Source of the DNA: a bacterium
GTDB taxonomy: Bacteria; Hinthialibacterota; Hinthialibacteria; Hinthialibacterales; Hinthialibacteraceae
Direction of reading: 5' to 3'
DNA: 64,000 nucleotides
Assembly: GCA_963663405.2 (NCBI GenBank)
Contig: CAXXSM010000141.1
Location: forward strand, 1 to 64,000
The notes under the pieces were generated by a model. It did not search any database. It saw nothing but the letters and a program-made list of their open reading frames with translations, and was not told where the DNA came from. Position 1 is the stretch's first letter. Each line of letters opens with the position of its first letter. A program made the translations under genes and the position numbers. Below are positions 9,515 to 19,473 of this stretch, piece by piece.

Positions 9515-11390
9515 AAAACCTAAATGGATTAGAAACCACCTTAGAGCGTGTCGGACGGATTTTATCCCGCAAGTACAACATCTCGGTCCAATGCAAAGGA
9601 AACGAATGCAAGACCGATGGTCGAACCATCTGGCTGCCGGCTCTTCCGGACAACATCTCAGAATCGTTGTGGAGTTTGGTCCGTGGCGAGCTCGATCATG
9701 AGACCGCCCATATCCTCTTCAGCGACTTTGACGGCCGTATGAAAGATTTCAAACGGAAATGGGGCGCTTTTGGATTCGACACGCTCAATGTCATCGAAGA
9801 TGTGCGCGTCAATTACGCTATGCAGAAGGAGTATCCAGGTTCCCGGCACAACATCCTTCACAGTATCGCGGAGATCACTCACACTCATCCCATCGATCAA
9901 ATGCCTCTGCCGGTTCGGTTTCTCTGCGGCTTGTTCCTCGCTGGAATGGATCTGCCCTATGACCAGTATGGCGAAGACGCGATCAAAATGGTGGAACAAT
10001 TCAAGAACGACACAAAGCGGTTCAAATCCCTCCGGAACACCAACGAAGCCTGTGCGATGGCGGAAAGCATCCTGGAACGCCTCAAGCATAAAGCTGAGCG
10101 AGAAAGACAACCTTCAAATGCAAATCAGCCTAACAGCGCGGAAAAGAACCAAGATTCACAGTCACAATCCTCATCTGGAGAATCCAATCAAGAATCAACT
10201 GAGAAGGATCAGCGATCATCAAAATCCGCTTCTTCTAACGGTCAAGAAGACTCTGGCAATCGTCAAAACGGTTCTGAGGAACAAAAAGATGATTCTGTGT
10301 ATCAACAAAATGCTTCGAACTCGGATGAACACTCGAACTCAAAAAGTAGTCTATCCGAAGAGTCTAAGACTGGATATCAAGGCGTCATGAATCAGGCCCT
10401 AGCTGGACAATATTCGTCCTCCGGCCATCCATTCGAGCTTCAGGGAACTATCAGAGAGCAAGTCCAAGAAGAATTCAGCGATGGAACAAACCAAGCCTAC
10501 CGGGTCTACGATCCATCGCTGGATAAAGCTGTTAAGCCTTTATCATTGGATAATGGTGAAACCTATCAAAACTTGAGCAATGCCGTTCGTCCCCATGTCG
10601 GCGCTCTTCGGCAGCAGTTGATTCGAACTCTCCGATCGCGCGATACCCGATTCTGGGTCAGCGATCGGGAAGAAGGCCAAGTCAACAGCAAAAAGCTTTA
10701 CGCGCTGCTCAATCAGGGCTCGAACAAAGTCTTTCGGCAAATCCAGGAATGCGAATCGGATTCGGTGGCGGTGTCGCTTCTTATCGATCTATCCGGTTCA
10801 ATGAACGGCCCGCGCATCTACTTGGCCCGCCAAGTCGTCATTCTGTTCGCTGAAACGCTCAATCAGCTGCGTATCCCATCGGAGGTGATCGGTTTCACAA
10901 CTGAGCCTTCCAAACGAGCCTTTGCCCGATTGACACGGGAAACGGGAATGGATTTGCAGGCACTCTCGCAACTCTATACCCGCTTCTTTCCCTGTGTCTA
11001 TTCCATCTTTAAGGCGTTCGACGAACCATTCCGGGCGCTGAAGCCTCGCGTTCCCTCCATGAACGCCCTGGAATACACGCCGATTGACGACGCCATTATT
11101 TTCTCTGCAAAACGGATCGTCGTTCGGAAGGAAACACGAAAAATCATCCTGGTCCTCACGGATGGAGAACCGTACAGCGGAAATCCAACGATGCAGCTGG
11201 CTGTCATCAAGCATCTCGAATGAAAACCTGCGCAAATGCGATCAGGCCGGAATCGAGTGTGTGGCCGTTGGCATCCAAACGGATTACGTGAAGAACTTTC
11301 TTCAAAGAGAACGTGGTCGTTCAAAACCTGCCAGAACTTCCTAAAGCGTTCTACACAAAGTTTTCAGAATTACTCTGCAAAAACCGGTAG
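9511..11390 (+). CDS. CobT-like vWA protein (N-terminal HExxH domain, low-complexity linker, MIDAS vWA); frameshifts near the 3' end
   Basis: HETAH; DLSGSM, TP and TDG MIDAS residues. The frame breaks at about 11220 and continues (ENLRKCDQAGIECVAVGI...LPKAFYTKFSELL) to TAG 11390. Confidence 0.82.
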
Positions 11391-11444
11391 TAACCAATTC
11401 TTCTGCAACATTTAACCATTCAATATCGAAAGGAGATTTCATCA

Positions 11445-11660
11445 ATGGGTACCTGTGTCCAAAATCCATCCTGTTTCGCCCTGTTTGATCCCATCGCTCC
11501 GGAATGCGCGAGCTGTGGCATCCAAACCGATTGCATGCGTGAACAAGAAAGACGTCTCAGCGATTGTGATTCACAACCAACCGCAGCGGAGCGTCGAATC
11601 GGCTACCAACATCGAATCAAAGTTCTAAAACAGAAAAGAAAGGAGAAAATCACCTGCTAA
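11445..11660 (+). CDS. Small Cys-rich protein
   Basis: PSCF...ECASCGIQTDC; AAGGAG RBS. Confidence 0.55.
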   Translation: MGTCVQNPSCFALFDPIAPECASCGIQTDCMREQERRLSDCDSQPTAAERRIGYQHRIKVLKQKRKEKITC

Positions 11661-11684
11661 AAAAACAAATAACCAGTTCTGGAG

Positions 11685-11924
11685 ATGAGCAATACATCCC
11701 CGAACACACTCGCAAACCGTCTGGAAATCCCACCGGTTGGCTCCACGATTCAAACCACCTACCGTGGTCAAACCTACGAAGCGCTCATCGTGGATGATCC
11801 ATCCAACAAACGTTCCAATGGCCGATCCATCCTGTTCAACGGAACGGTCTATCGAACACTGACCGCCGCCGCGCACGCCATTGCGCCTGGAATCAATTCT
11901 GGATCGGTCTGGCAAGAAATCTAA
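11685..11924 (+). CDS. RAMA/DUF4357-like DNA-binding domain protein
   Basis: FNGTVYRTLTAAAHAI...NSGSVW resembles the RAMA signature (S/T)xxAA...NGW. Confidence 0.55.
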   Translation: MSNTSPNTLANRLEIPPVGSTIQTTYRGQTYEALIVDDPSNKRSNGRSILFNGTVYRTLTAAAHAIAPGINSGSVWQEI

Positions 11925-11926
11925 TA

Positions 11927-12361
11927 ATGAAAGGAACATCAATCATGAACGATAATGGAAACAAAACAACGAAAACAAATAACCGAACAAACAATTCTCG
12001 TAGAGCCTTGGGACGTGGATTGAAAGATATTCTGTCCGAGCAATCGATCTTCGACAGCCATTTCAACGATCTTCAAGAACACGTCAAAGCCGCTCGAATC
12101 GGCGCGGCGATTCTCGAACTAATCGATATCGTTGAAGCCAAGTATCAACCTGTGATCTTCCAAAGCGTCTCCGCCTATCGGGCTGTAGCTCAGGAAGAAT
12201 CTACCGAAGAAATCGGCCGGATAAGCTTTCAGAACTGGAACGTCAGCGTATCCATCGTGAAACGGAGTGTCAGAAACCGAAACGACGATGGTATTACTTG
12301 TATTTACGATAATTGGATGATGTCATCTGTTTTGAAGGGGAGAAATCCCCTTTTTTTTTGA
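11927..12361 (+). CDS. Hypothetical protein with ParB-like N-terminal peptide
   Basis: RRALGRGLKDIL matches the ParA-contacting peptide of ParB/Spo0J; no ParB CTPase box visible. Confidence 0.5.
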   Translation: MKGTSIMNDNGNKTTKTNNRTNNSRRALGRGLKDILSEQSIFDSHFNDLQEHVKAARIGAAILELIDIVEAKYQPVIFQSVSAYRAVAQEESTEEIGRISFQNWNVSVSIVKRSVRNRNDDGITCIYDNWMMSSVLKGRNPLFF

Positions 12362-12533
12362 GGAATTATCTTCCATATAGAAAATTATTCGCGAACATAA
12401 TCCAGATATTTTTCCTTGATGGACCTTTTGTTTATCGTACACTTACTCCTCACAAATGGATCTTGATGAATTCACTTCGACGAGATCCTCCAGCCAACTG
12501 GTCCAAGGGTGGCCAGTTAGCCGGAGGATAAAA

Positions 12534-13418
12534 ATGAAATCAAACCAAAATACCAAAGATCGGATCCAGCAAAGTCGAAAAATCATCCAGGAGACCATCG
12601 CCAAATTGGGAGAACAGCTGGAGAAAGGATACTCCATTGAAATGACTCGATACCTGAAAACCATGGCGCTTTTCCATACATATTCCACCTCCAATCAATT
12701 TCTCATTTTGGCCCAGCGCCCCGAAGCCACTCAAGTCGCCGGATTCCAAACCTGGAAACGTCTCCATCGATCCATTAAACGCGGCGAAAAAGCCATCCGC
12801 ATCCTCGCTCCGATTTGCACCAAAAAGAAAACAGTTTCAATACAGCCAAAAGAAACAAAGCAAGAAGACTCGAAAGATCCAGTTGAAGAAGACACAATAT
12901 ATTCGTTCCGCACGGTCTGTGTTTTCGATCTGGCGCAGACACACGGCTCAAAGTTACCCGAACCGTTTCGAGCACATGGTGAAGCGAGACAATGTCTTTC
13001 CATGCTGGAGCAAACTGTTAGAAACAATGGAATCCAGCTCGATTATGGATACACGGGCCGGGCGTATGGCTACTCTAAAAAAGGATCCATCACAATCAAA
13101 ATGGGAATGGAATCCGCCGAAACCTTCGCTGTGCTTGCGCATGAATTCGCCCATGAGATTCTCCACCAAAGACAAACAACCAACGATTCCCGTTCGTTGC
13201 GTGAATTGGAGGCCGAAGCCGTCGCCTGTGTTGTCTGTGAACGATTTGGTGTGCAGACTATTCAAGCGTCCTCCGATTACATCCGTCTCTGGGAAGGAGA
13301 CAAAACCAAACTGCTCAATCGTCTGGAGAAGATCCGCCGGTGCGCATCCACAATCATTACCCAGATAGAATCTCTTGCCAAAGAGGAGAAGAGATCACAT
13401 CCCATGGCTATTGATTGA
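12534..13418 (+). CDS. ardC: ArdC-like ssDNA-binding antirestriction protein with HExxH metallo-domain
   Basis: FHTYSTSNQFLI..Q, VAGFQTWK..R.IKRGEKAIRILAP, VFDLAQT, HEFAH, ELEAE; GGAGG RBS before ATG 12534. Confidence 0.85.
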   Translation: MKSNQNTKDRIQQSRKIIQETIAKLGEQLEKGYSIEMTRYLKTMALFHTYSTSNQFLILAQRPEATQVAGFQTWKRLHRSIKRGEKAIRILAPICTKKKTVSIQPKETKQEDSKDPVEEDTIYSFRTVCVFDLAQTHGSKLPEPFRAHGEARQCLSMLEQTVRNNGIQLDYGYTGRAYGYSKKGSITIKMGMESAETFAVLAHEFAHEILHQRQTTNDSRSLRELEAEAVACVVCERFGVQTIQASSDYIRLWEGDKTKLLNRLEKIRRCASTIITQIESLAKEEKRSHPMAID

Positions 13419-13449
13419 AGATCTATAGACTCATGCAGTGGTTAATCAT

Positions 13450-13501
13450 GAATCTTGGAATTATCCAACGGATTCTTCCGAATGGAGGTATTCCAAGATT
13501 C
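13450..13501. repeat. 12-bp perfect inverted repeat between convergent genes
   Basis: GAATCTTGGAAT (13450-13461) and ATTCCAAGATTC (13490-13501). Confidence 0.7.
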
Positions 13502-13626
13502 TATTTATCCAAGAATGGAATAGGCACAATAGAACCTCAATAGAATTCAAAGAGACAAATACTACTGGAATCACTGAAATCGGATTCCCTTGTCATGGTG
13601 TTTGATTACAGGGGTTCTATTTCTCC

Positions 13627-15609
13627 TTATTTCACGAAATCTTGGACTTGTTTCACTTTGATGGGGATCTTGGTTTCCATTTCATCGATCACTTTTAGAA
13701 TCTGATTCTGCGTTTCTGGTTTGGTAGTTAGGATGAAAATCCCTCGATAATCTCCCGCTAGATTCTTCCGGATATTTTCCCTCCAATTTGATTTTCCCGT
13801 TTCAATCTCCACCGCAATTTTTTGGCCGTTCTTTTCCGCCACAAGATCGGTATATCCATGGCCGGATTCTTCTTTCGTTACGGTCCAATCCAAATGAACG
13901 AATTGTTGGGCGGCTTTTTCTTTCCAGAACTCATGTTCCAAACTGCCCCAACGGGATTTATCCGGAACGTCATATCCCATATTACGTAAGATGATTCTTC
14001 CCTTTGACGTTATAGCCAACAAAACCGTTTTCCCGCTATATGTTCGAATCTCTTCCGGTTCAATCATTCCTTTTTCGATACACGCTTCCCGAATCGCGTT
14101 TCCTTTCCTGCGGCTTAGATGAAGATGCCGGTACCGCTCCACCGCGCCAAACAGTGGATTCTGAAACACATCGATCAAAAAGGTTTTTTCTTTCTCATTC
14201 AATTGGAAAGTGATAGCATCCTTTTCACCTTGTACGACCTCCTCATACTCCGCATAAGGATTAAGGATATTCCGTTCTACCATGTGCTGCGCCAAAGCAG
14301 TATCGTTCACAGAACCTTTGGGGATTTTTCGATGAGGAATCGAGATCTCAAATGGTTGCAGCCAGCGGCCCTGCAATTTGACAACCGCACGTCCAATTGG
14401 CAGCCGCCCCAATAATTCCCGCTCTTCGTTGTCAATCAGCATCGCTCCACCCGCCGCGTTGACATCGGATCGGTGTTTCAGATTCATACAGATCGTGGCG
14501 TAGGTGTTACCCATGGCGGGAATCGAGATCAAACTCGGATGCTGATCCACCAACACGATCCCTTCCCCCAACTCCCGGATTTCCCGGAGGATGGTGTCGG
14601 TGATCGCTTCGCCACCGCTCCCGGCGCCGGATCGTTTCAGTAAAATGTGATGCGCTTCCTCGATGATCATGGCGTGTTTGAAGGTCTCCCGGTCTGGCTG
14701 CGTCAATCGATAATGATGAATCCACAGAAGAAGCGACTCGATCGTGAATGTTTTATCCGCGTTCGTCAGGCTATCCAACTCCAGTATGACATTCTTGGTC
14801 AACAGATTGGCCACATTCGATTGCACGCTGGTGTTCATCACGTTACCCATATGCCCGAAACAGATCGATCGAACACCCCGCAAAGCGGAATCCATCCATT
14901 GCGCTTTGCGCCCTTTGACTGGATGTTTTTCGAGCCATTCCAGAACATCTTGAAAGGTGGGATATTTGGAAGGATTTCCTTTGTAGACACCGAAGGAGTG
15001 ATACACCGCATCAATCGCTTCCTGGAGAAGATACATGACGCCCTCTCCCAAGTAGTAGGAGTGAGCGATAATCTCGATCATTTTTTTGAGCCAGACCGCC
15101 GCGCTGGTTCCTTCCGGAGGAATCAATGGATTGAACGCGAAGGGAACAGTCTGCCCTCCAACTGTATATACTAAAATTTCATCCTTCCGAACGGATAAAA
15201 GATCCCGGTAATTCCGCTTCCAGTCAAACAAAAGGAACGGCTTTTTTTGATCCAGCAAACTATCCAAAAGGACAAAGACCGTATTGGTTTTTCCCGCTCC
15301 CGACCGGCCAAAGATCGCGGTATGTTGAATCAGTTCATCTTCCCGGAGCCCAAATGGATGAAGCGGCCGATCGCAATAGACCACCGAACCGAGCTTATAT
15401 GTACCATCAGCCTTATCCTGTGGTGGAGCGGATAAATGAACATCAGGAACCTGAACGTTCACGCCCAGATGTTGAGCGGCTAACAGTTGTAACGCGATCT
15501 CCAATTCCTGTTTCCCGCGATTGTCCTCGGCCAGATAGGCCAACCACAATCGATCCGCCCGATCGCCTAACACGGGTTTCAACTTCCGGCATAATTCATA
15601 GACCTCCAT
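13627..15609 (-). CDS. HerA/FtsK-superfamily (DUF87-like) ATPase with C-terminal wHTH and PD-(D/E)xK-like domain
   Basis: GRSGAGKT, IIEEAH, DQHPS, GRA; C-terminal TDLVAEKNGQKIAVEIETGKS. Confidence 0.85.
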   Translation of the reverse strand: MEVYELCRKLKPVLGDRADRLWLAYLAEDNRGKQELEIALQLLAAQHLGVNVQVPDVHLSAPPQDKADGTYKLGSVVYCDRPLHPFGLREDELIQHTAIFGRSGAGKTNTVFVLLDSLLDQKKPFLLFDWKRNYRDLLSVRKDEILVYTVGGQTVPFAFNPLIPPEGTSAAVWLKKMIEIIAHSYYLGEGVMYLLQEAIDAVYHSFGVYKGNPSKYPTFQDVLEWLEKHPVKGRKAQWMDSALRGVRSICFGHMGNVMNTSVQSNVANLLTKNVILELDSLTNADKTFTIESLLLWIHHYRLTQPDRETFKHAMIIEEAHHILLKRSGAGSGGEAITDTILREIRELGEGIVLVDQHPSLISIPAMGNTYATICMNLKHRSDVNAAGGAMLIDNEERELLGRLPIGRAVVKLQGRWLQPFEISIPHRKIPKGSVNDTALAQHMVERNILNPYAEYEEVVQGEKDAITFQLNEKEKTFLIDVFQNPLFGAVERYRHLHLSRRKGNAIREACIEKGMIEPEEIRTYSGKTVLLAITSKGRIILRNMGYDVPDKSRWGSLEHEFWKEKAAQQFVHLDWTVTKEESGHGYTDLVAEKNGQKIAVEIETGKSNWRENIRKNLAGDYRGIFILTTKPETQNQILKVIDEMETKIPIKVKQVQDFVK

Positions 15610-15611
15610 TT

Positions 15612-16019
15612 TTATCGATCACCTGACAGCAGATAACCTTTGCGATTCTCTTGGGAAAATTCCCGCATGACTTCCCGCAGATCACTTTTTAAACGAGTGA
15701 TATCCCGCCAGCACGCGACAGATTCCATTCGCTTCTCGCGTTCAAACGCAATCATCTCCCGCTCGAGATTGGAGCGCAGTTTATCGATGTTGGGATTCAG
15801 CCCAAGGGGAATGTAGTAGATTTCATACAGTTTCTGTGAGATGTAACAGGAATCGCGATCGATCCGGTAACAATTCGTATCCCGTAAATATTCCCGTTCA
15901 TAAATCATCCCCAAAATATCTTCCACGCTTTTCGATAAAAACGCTTTCTTGTCCGCCAGAAAATGGTTGATCGGATCCCTCGTTTTTTCGGATTGGATAC
16001 CCTCAGTCAGCGCATCCAA
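15612..16019 (-). CDS. Coiled-coil hypothetical protein co-oriented with the ATPase; N-terminus possibly frameshifted into 16007-16207
   Basis: Ends 2 nt before the ATPase start; helical E/R-rich C-terminus. Confidence 0.55.
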   Translation of the reverse strand: MDALTEGIQSEKTRDPINHFLADKKAFLSKSVEDILGMIYEREYLRDTNCYRIDRDSCYISQKLYEIYYIPLGLNPNIDKLRSNLEREMIAFEREKRMESVACWRDITRLKSDLREVMREFSQENRKGYLLSGDR

Positions 16020-16367
16020 ATGAGTAGGGAGGAAACCGCGTCCGAGTCAGTCTCTCCAGAGGAAGCGTCTGGTTGATTCAGGGATAAGGATTTAGATTGG
16101 GAATAAACCGATGAAGAAGGATTCAAATAATCCATTCTCGATTCCAAGCCCATGTAGGGCGTATGTTGATTGTAGTTTGCTTGTCCGAAATTCAACGCTA
16201 TCACCACGGGTGTTGTTTCTATAAAGTGGTGATGAACCTGTATTTAAATGTTTCGGTTTTTGAATGAATCAAATTTGATTCAAACAGGTCTTGATGATCT
16301 CGCTTATCATAGATTTTCAATGCGTCCCTTAGACATAGAAAATTCCTTCATGTAAATTTGCCCAATC

Positions 16368-16394
16368 TGAAATTTCAGGTCATTTCTTCCCGCT
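16368..16394 (+). promoter_or_regulatory. Recurrent motif TGAAA-N10-TTTCTTCCCGCT, copy 1
   Basis: Same spacing and 12-mer as at 44280 and 47524; lies ~30 nt upstream of ATG 16426. Confidence 0.65.
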
Positions 16395-16425
16395 TCTTTT
16401 TATAAATAAAGATGGAGGAAACATC

Positions 16426-16516
16426 ATGACTCAAAAAATCGATTCGAAAGACCTGAAATTAGCGTACTTGATTGCGGAATACCGGCTTTTGACGGTCAAG
16501 CAAATCGCCGTTCTGG
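16426..16516 (+). pseudogene. N-terminal 30 codons of a replication-relaxase-like gene truncated by IS21
   Basis: GGAGG RBS, then MTQKIDSKDLKLAYLIAEYRLLTVKQIAVL (D..L..L..YR.LT..QI pattern of Replic_Relax N-termini), cut by the IS21 end at 16517. Confidence 0.55.
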
Positions 16517-17024
16517 TGCTGACGGCGGTCGAAAAGTGAGCTTGCGGCGGTCGAAAAGTGCGGATTTTTTCCAAGAATAATCGACTCCATTGTGAGTTGT
16601 CAATAGATGCTGAGCATTATTTAATTGACGGTCATGGTATTTAGTTTTTTTAGTTACCGTCCGATGATTGTAGTACCAAGTCAAACGGAGATTGGCTCTG
16701 CTGGAGAGCACCCAATCAAGGGATAACTTGGCGCATGTGCGACGGATGGTATCTGGGGACGATCTATAGCGGATTGTCCCTCCATCCATCCTTCCTGAGA
16801 CCATCCAGAGCATTTGCCCATGCCTTAAAAACTCCGGGGGTTTGGGGGCAGAGCCCCCAATTGGAAAGGAACGGGATGCGGGTTCCCGATCCAGTGAAAT
16901 TCCAAGAACGATTCACTATTATTCACTCGTAAAAGATCCTCTTCTGAGGAACCGTATTCGACGAATTGATTTTTGTCGAAATCCAAGTCATCCAATTCTC
17001 GAAAGTCATTGGCCAAGACCCGCC

Positions 17025-17810
17025 TTAGGATTGAGGCGAATTTTTTTTGGATTGCCGCTTCAGCCGTTTTTTGGATTCCTTGAGCCGGTAACTTTCTCCG
17101 TTGGCTTCCAGGATGTGCACTCGATGAGTCAATCGATCCAGGAGGGCTCCAGTTAAGCGCTCACTGCCCATGACCTCCGTCCATTCCTCGAAAGGCAAAT
17201 TCGTCGTCACGATGAGGCTGGTCCGTTCATACGCCTGACTGACGACATCAAAGAGAAGTTCGGCTCCCGCCTTAGAGAACGGGACATATCCGAGTTCGTC
17301 CAAAATTAGGAGATGATGATTGAGCAATTGTTTCTGCAATCGTTCCAAAGACCGCTCTTCTCGTTTTTCCAGTAAGTGAGTGACAAGAGTTGTCACCGTG
17401 TAGAACCGAACCTTGTAGCCTTGCGCGCAAGCGGCGAATCCCAAGGCGCAAGATAAATGGCTTTTCCCAGTCCCCGGATTCCCGATCAGGAGCAAATTCT
17501 CCCGTTTTTCGATATATTCCCCTTGGAGCAATTCACGGACTAAGGATTCATTAATCGACGGCTGCGCGCTGAAATCAAAGGTATCGATCGTTTTGACCAC
17601 GGGAAATTTGGCCGCTTTCACCCGCCGATCCGCCGCTCTCTGCTCCCGTTCGATCGATTCCAATTCAGACAGCCGAAGGAGATACGTAGTAAAATCCGAA
17701 CGATCGGCGCGGCACTTGGCCGCCATGCTTTGATACTCGCGCAAGAACGTCGGCAGTTTTAATTTTTTCAGATAGTATTCCAGCAATACGTTCGATTGGG
17801 AGGAACTCAT
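17025..17810 (-). CDS. istB: IS21 helper ATPase IstB
   Basis: GNPGTGKSHL, LILDELGY, IVTTN, LLDRLTH, GESYR. Confidence 0.95.
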   Translation of the reverse strand: MSSSQSNVLLEYYLKKLKLPTFLREYQSMAAKCRADRSDFTTYLLRLSELESIEREQRAADRRVKAAKFPVVKTIDTFDFSAQPSINESLVRELLQGEYIEKRENLLLIGNPGTGKSHLSCALGFAACAQGYKVRFYTVTTLVTHLLEKREERSLERLQKQLLNHHLLILDELGYVPFSKAGAELLFDVVSQAYERTSLIVTTNLPFEEWTEVMGSERLTGALLDRLTHRVHILEANGESYRLKESKKRLKRQSKKNSPQS

Positions 17811-19338
17811 AGCGCCCCTCCTTTCAGCATCCCCTGATAAGCGGACAAGTCAGGGGAATCGACTCGGACATACCGTAAATGCTCCCGGCCGTCCAGGCGA
17901 AATTTCTCCAGTCCTTCTCCCCTCATCCCCGTAGAGATATTGCGCCACAACATCCCGCGTACAACCGCCCACACGCAGCGTTTTTTCCACGGCCCGGCTC
18001 AGTTCGGGTAATGATCGGGTTCGCAAGAGTTGGAGGACTTGAATGTATTCCTGAATCCCTCGGCTTCCTTCCCACACGGTTTCCATACGGCGCCGTAACA
18101 CCTGGAAACAGTCCGGGAGGCGCCACTCGGTAAAAGGTTTCCCGTGATCCAGAGCGCCGGGTCTGGACGTCAGGAGAGGCAAGTAGTGTTCCGGTTTCAA
18201 CGCGACTCGCTCTTTCTCCCAAATCCGCTTATGCTCCGCGATCACTTTCTCTTGATAACAAAATACGACTCGATCGATATAGCCTTTGGCCACCAGGAGA
18301 TGATGGGCGTACTCTATCGGGACCGAATAATCGTTACAGTCAAACCGCCCAGCGATAAGGAACTCGCATGGACCTTCTTTTTCCGGCAGGCGTCAAATGG
18401 AGATGGAGGAAGAGGCAAGAACGCCGATTGATCGTCTTTCAGCAACTCCTCTTTGGTTCCGGACGCGCCTCGTAACTTACGCTTTAAATTCTCCCGGCAA
18501 CTTGCCTCCAATTTCTCATTCAATTCCTCCAACGTTGGCACTTGAGGGACCGGGACCATGAAATTCAACCGCGCATATTTCACCGTGCCTTCCACCACTC
18601 CTTTTTCGTTGGGACGGCGGACGCAACAAAAATGCTCTTCAAACAGATAATGACTTTGTAATTGCAGGAATTCATCCCTCAATTTTCGCTGATGCGCACC
18701 GGTGATCAGGGATACCGCGATCTTACTATTATCATACGCAATTCGTCTTGGCACTCCGCCATAAAATTCAAACGCTCTCACATGCCCTTCCCAGAACGTT
18801 TCTGTGCATTCCCGCTCACAGGCCATCACAAAGATCGCATCGGAGTAAGGTAAGGCCATCACAAAAAAGGCCACTTTCTTTAATTCCCCCGCCAACTTCA
18901 CCAATGCAAATCCGAAATCGACCTGGGCTTCACCAACCGGATGAGTCAACGGAATGAACACACCTTTGTTATGATTTTTCCATTCCCGCACCGCCTTTTT
19001 CACCTGGGTATAACCACCTGGTAGCCTTCTTTTTTAATCCGCTCAAAAATCCTTTGGGCGGTATGTTTCTGCTTTCGGGGGATCGTGGGATCTCGATCCG
19101 ATTTCAGGATTTCGTGGATTCGGGATAGATAGGGGCCTAAGACGGGCTTCAGGCGGGCTTGCTTCATCCGGTAGCCGGGCGGCTCGGGATGGGTTAGTAT
19201 CTTTTCTAAGGTCTTCCAATGCATCCCTGTCTCTTCCAGAATTTTGCTTTTCTTCTCCTTTTGGATTCTTACTCGTTTGCGAATGGCGATCCATTGTTCC
19301 ATTTCGGTATACATCCTTTCTACCTCCGGAAGAAACAC
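17807..19338 (-). pseudogene. istA: IS21 transposase IstA, split by frameshifts
   Basis: Three ORFs (19000-19338, 18314-19003, 17850-18293) carry HTAQRIFER, GEAQVDFG, YDN, EKGVVE and PEHYLPLL..RPGA in order. Confidence 0.88.
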
Positions 19339-19473
19339 GTCCGAGGAATTCTGACTTGGACGATTTCTTCCAGGTATCGGCTTTTATATACCGCACTTTT
19401 GGACCGCCGTTTTTACGCCGACTTCTCACTCACTTTTCGACCGCCGTTTACACCGGCTTTATAACAACGCTAG

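Larger units (their letters stand above)
16517..19452 (-). mobile_element. IS21-family insertion sequence
   Basis: TG...CA termini with repeated CGGCGGTC(G/C)AAAAGTG subterminal motifs at both ends; encloses istA and istB. Confidence 0.9.

Noticed and set aside
8420-11390. Cobaltochelatase CobS/CobT
   Set aside because: No cobN or other cob genes; mobile-element context favours a generic MoxR-vWA pair.
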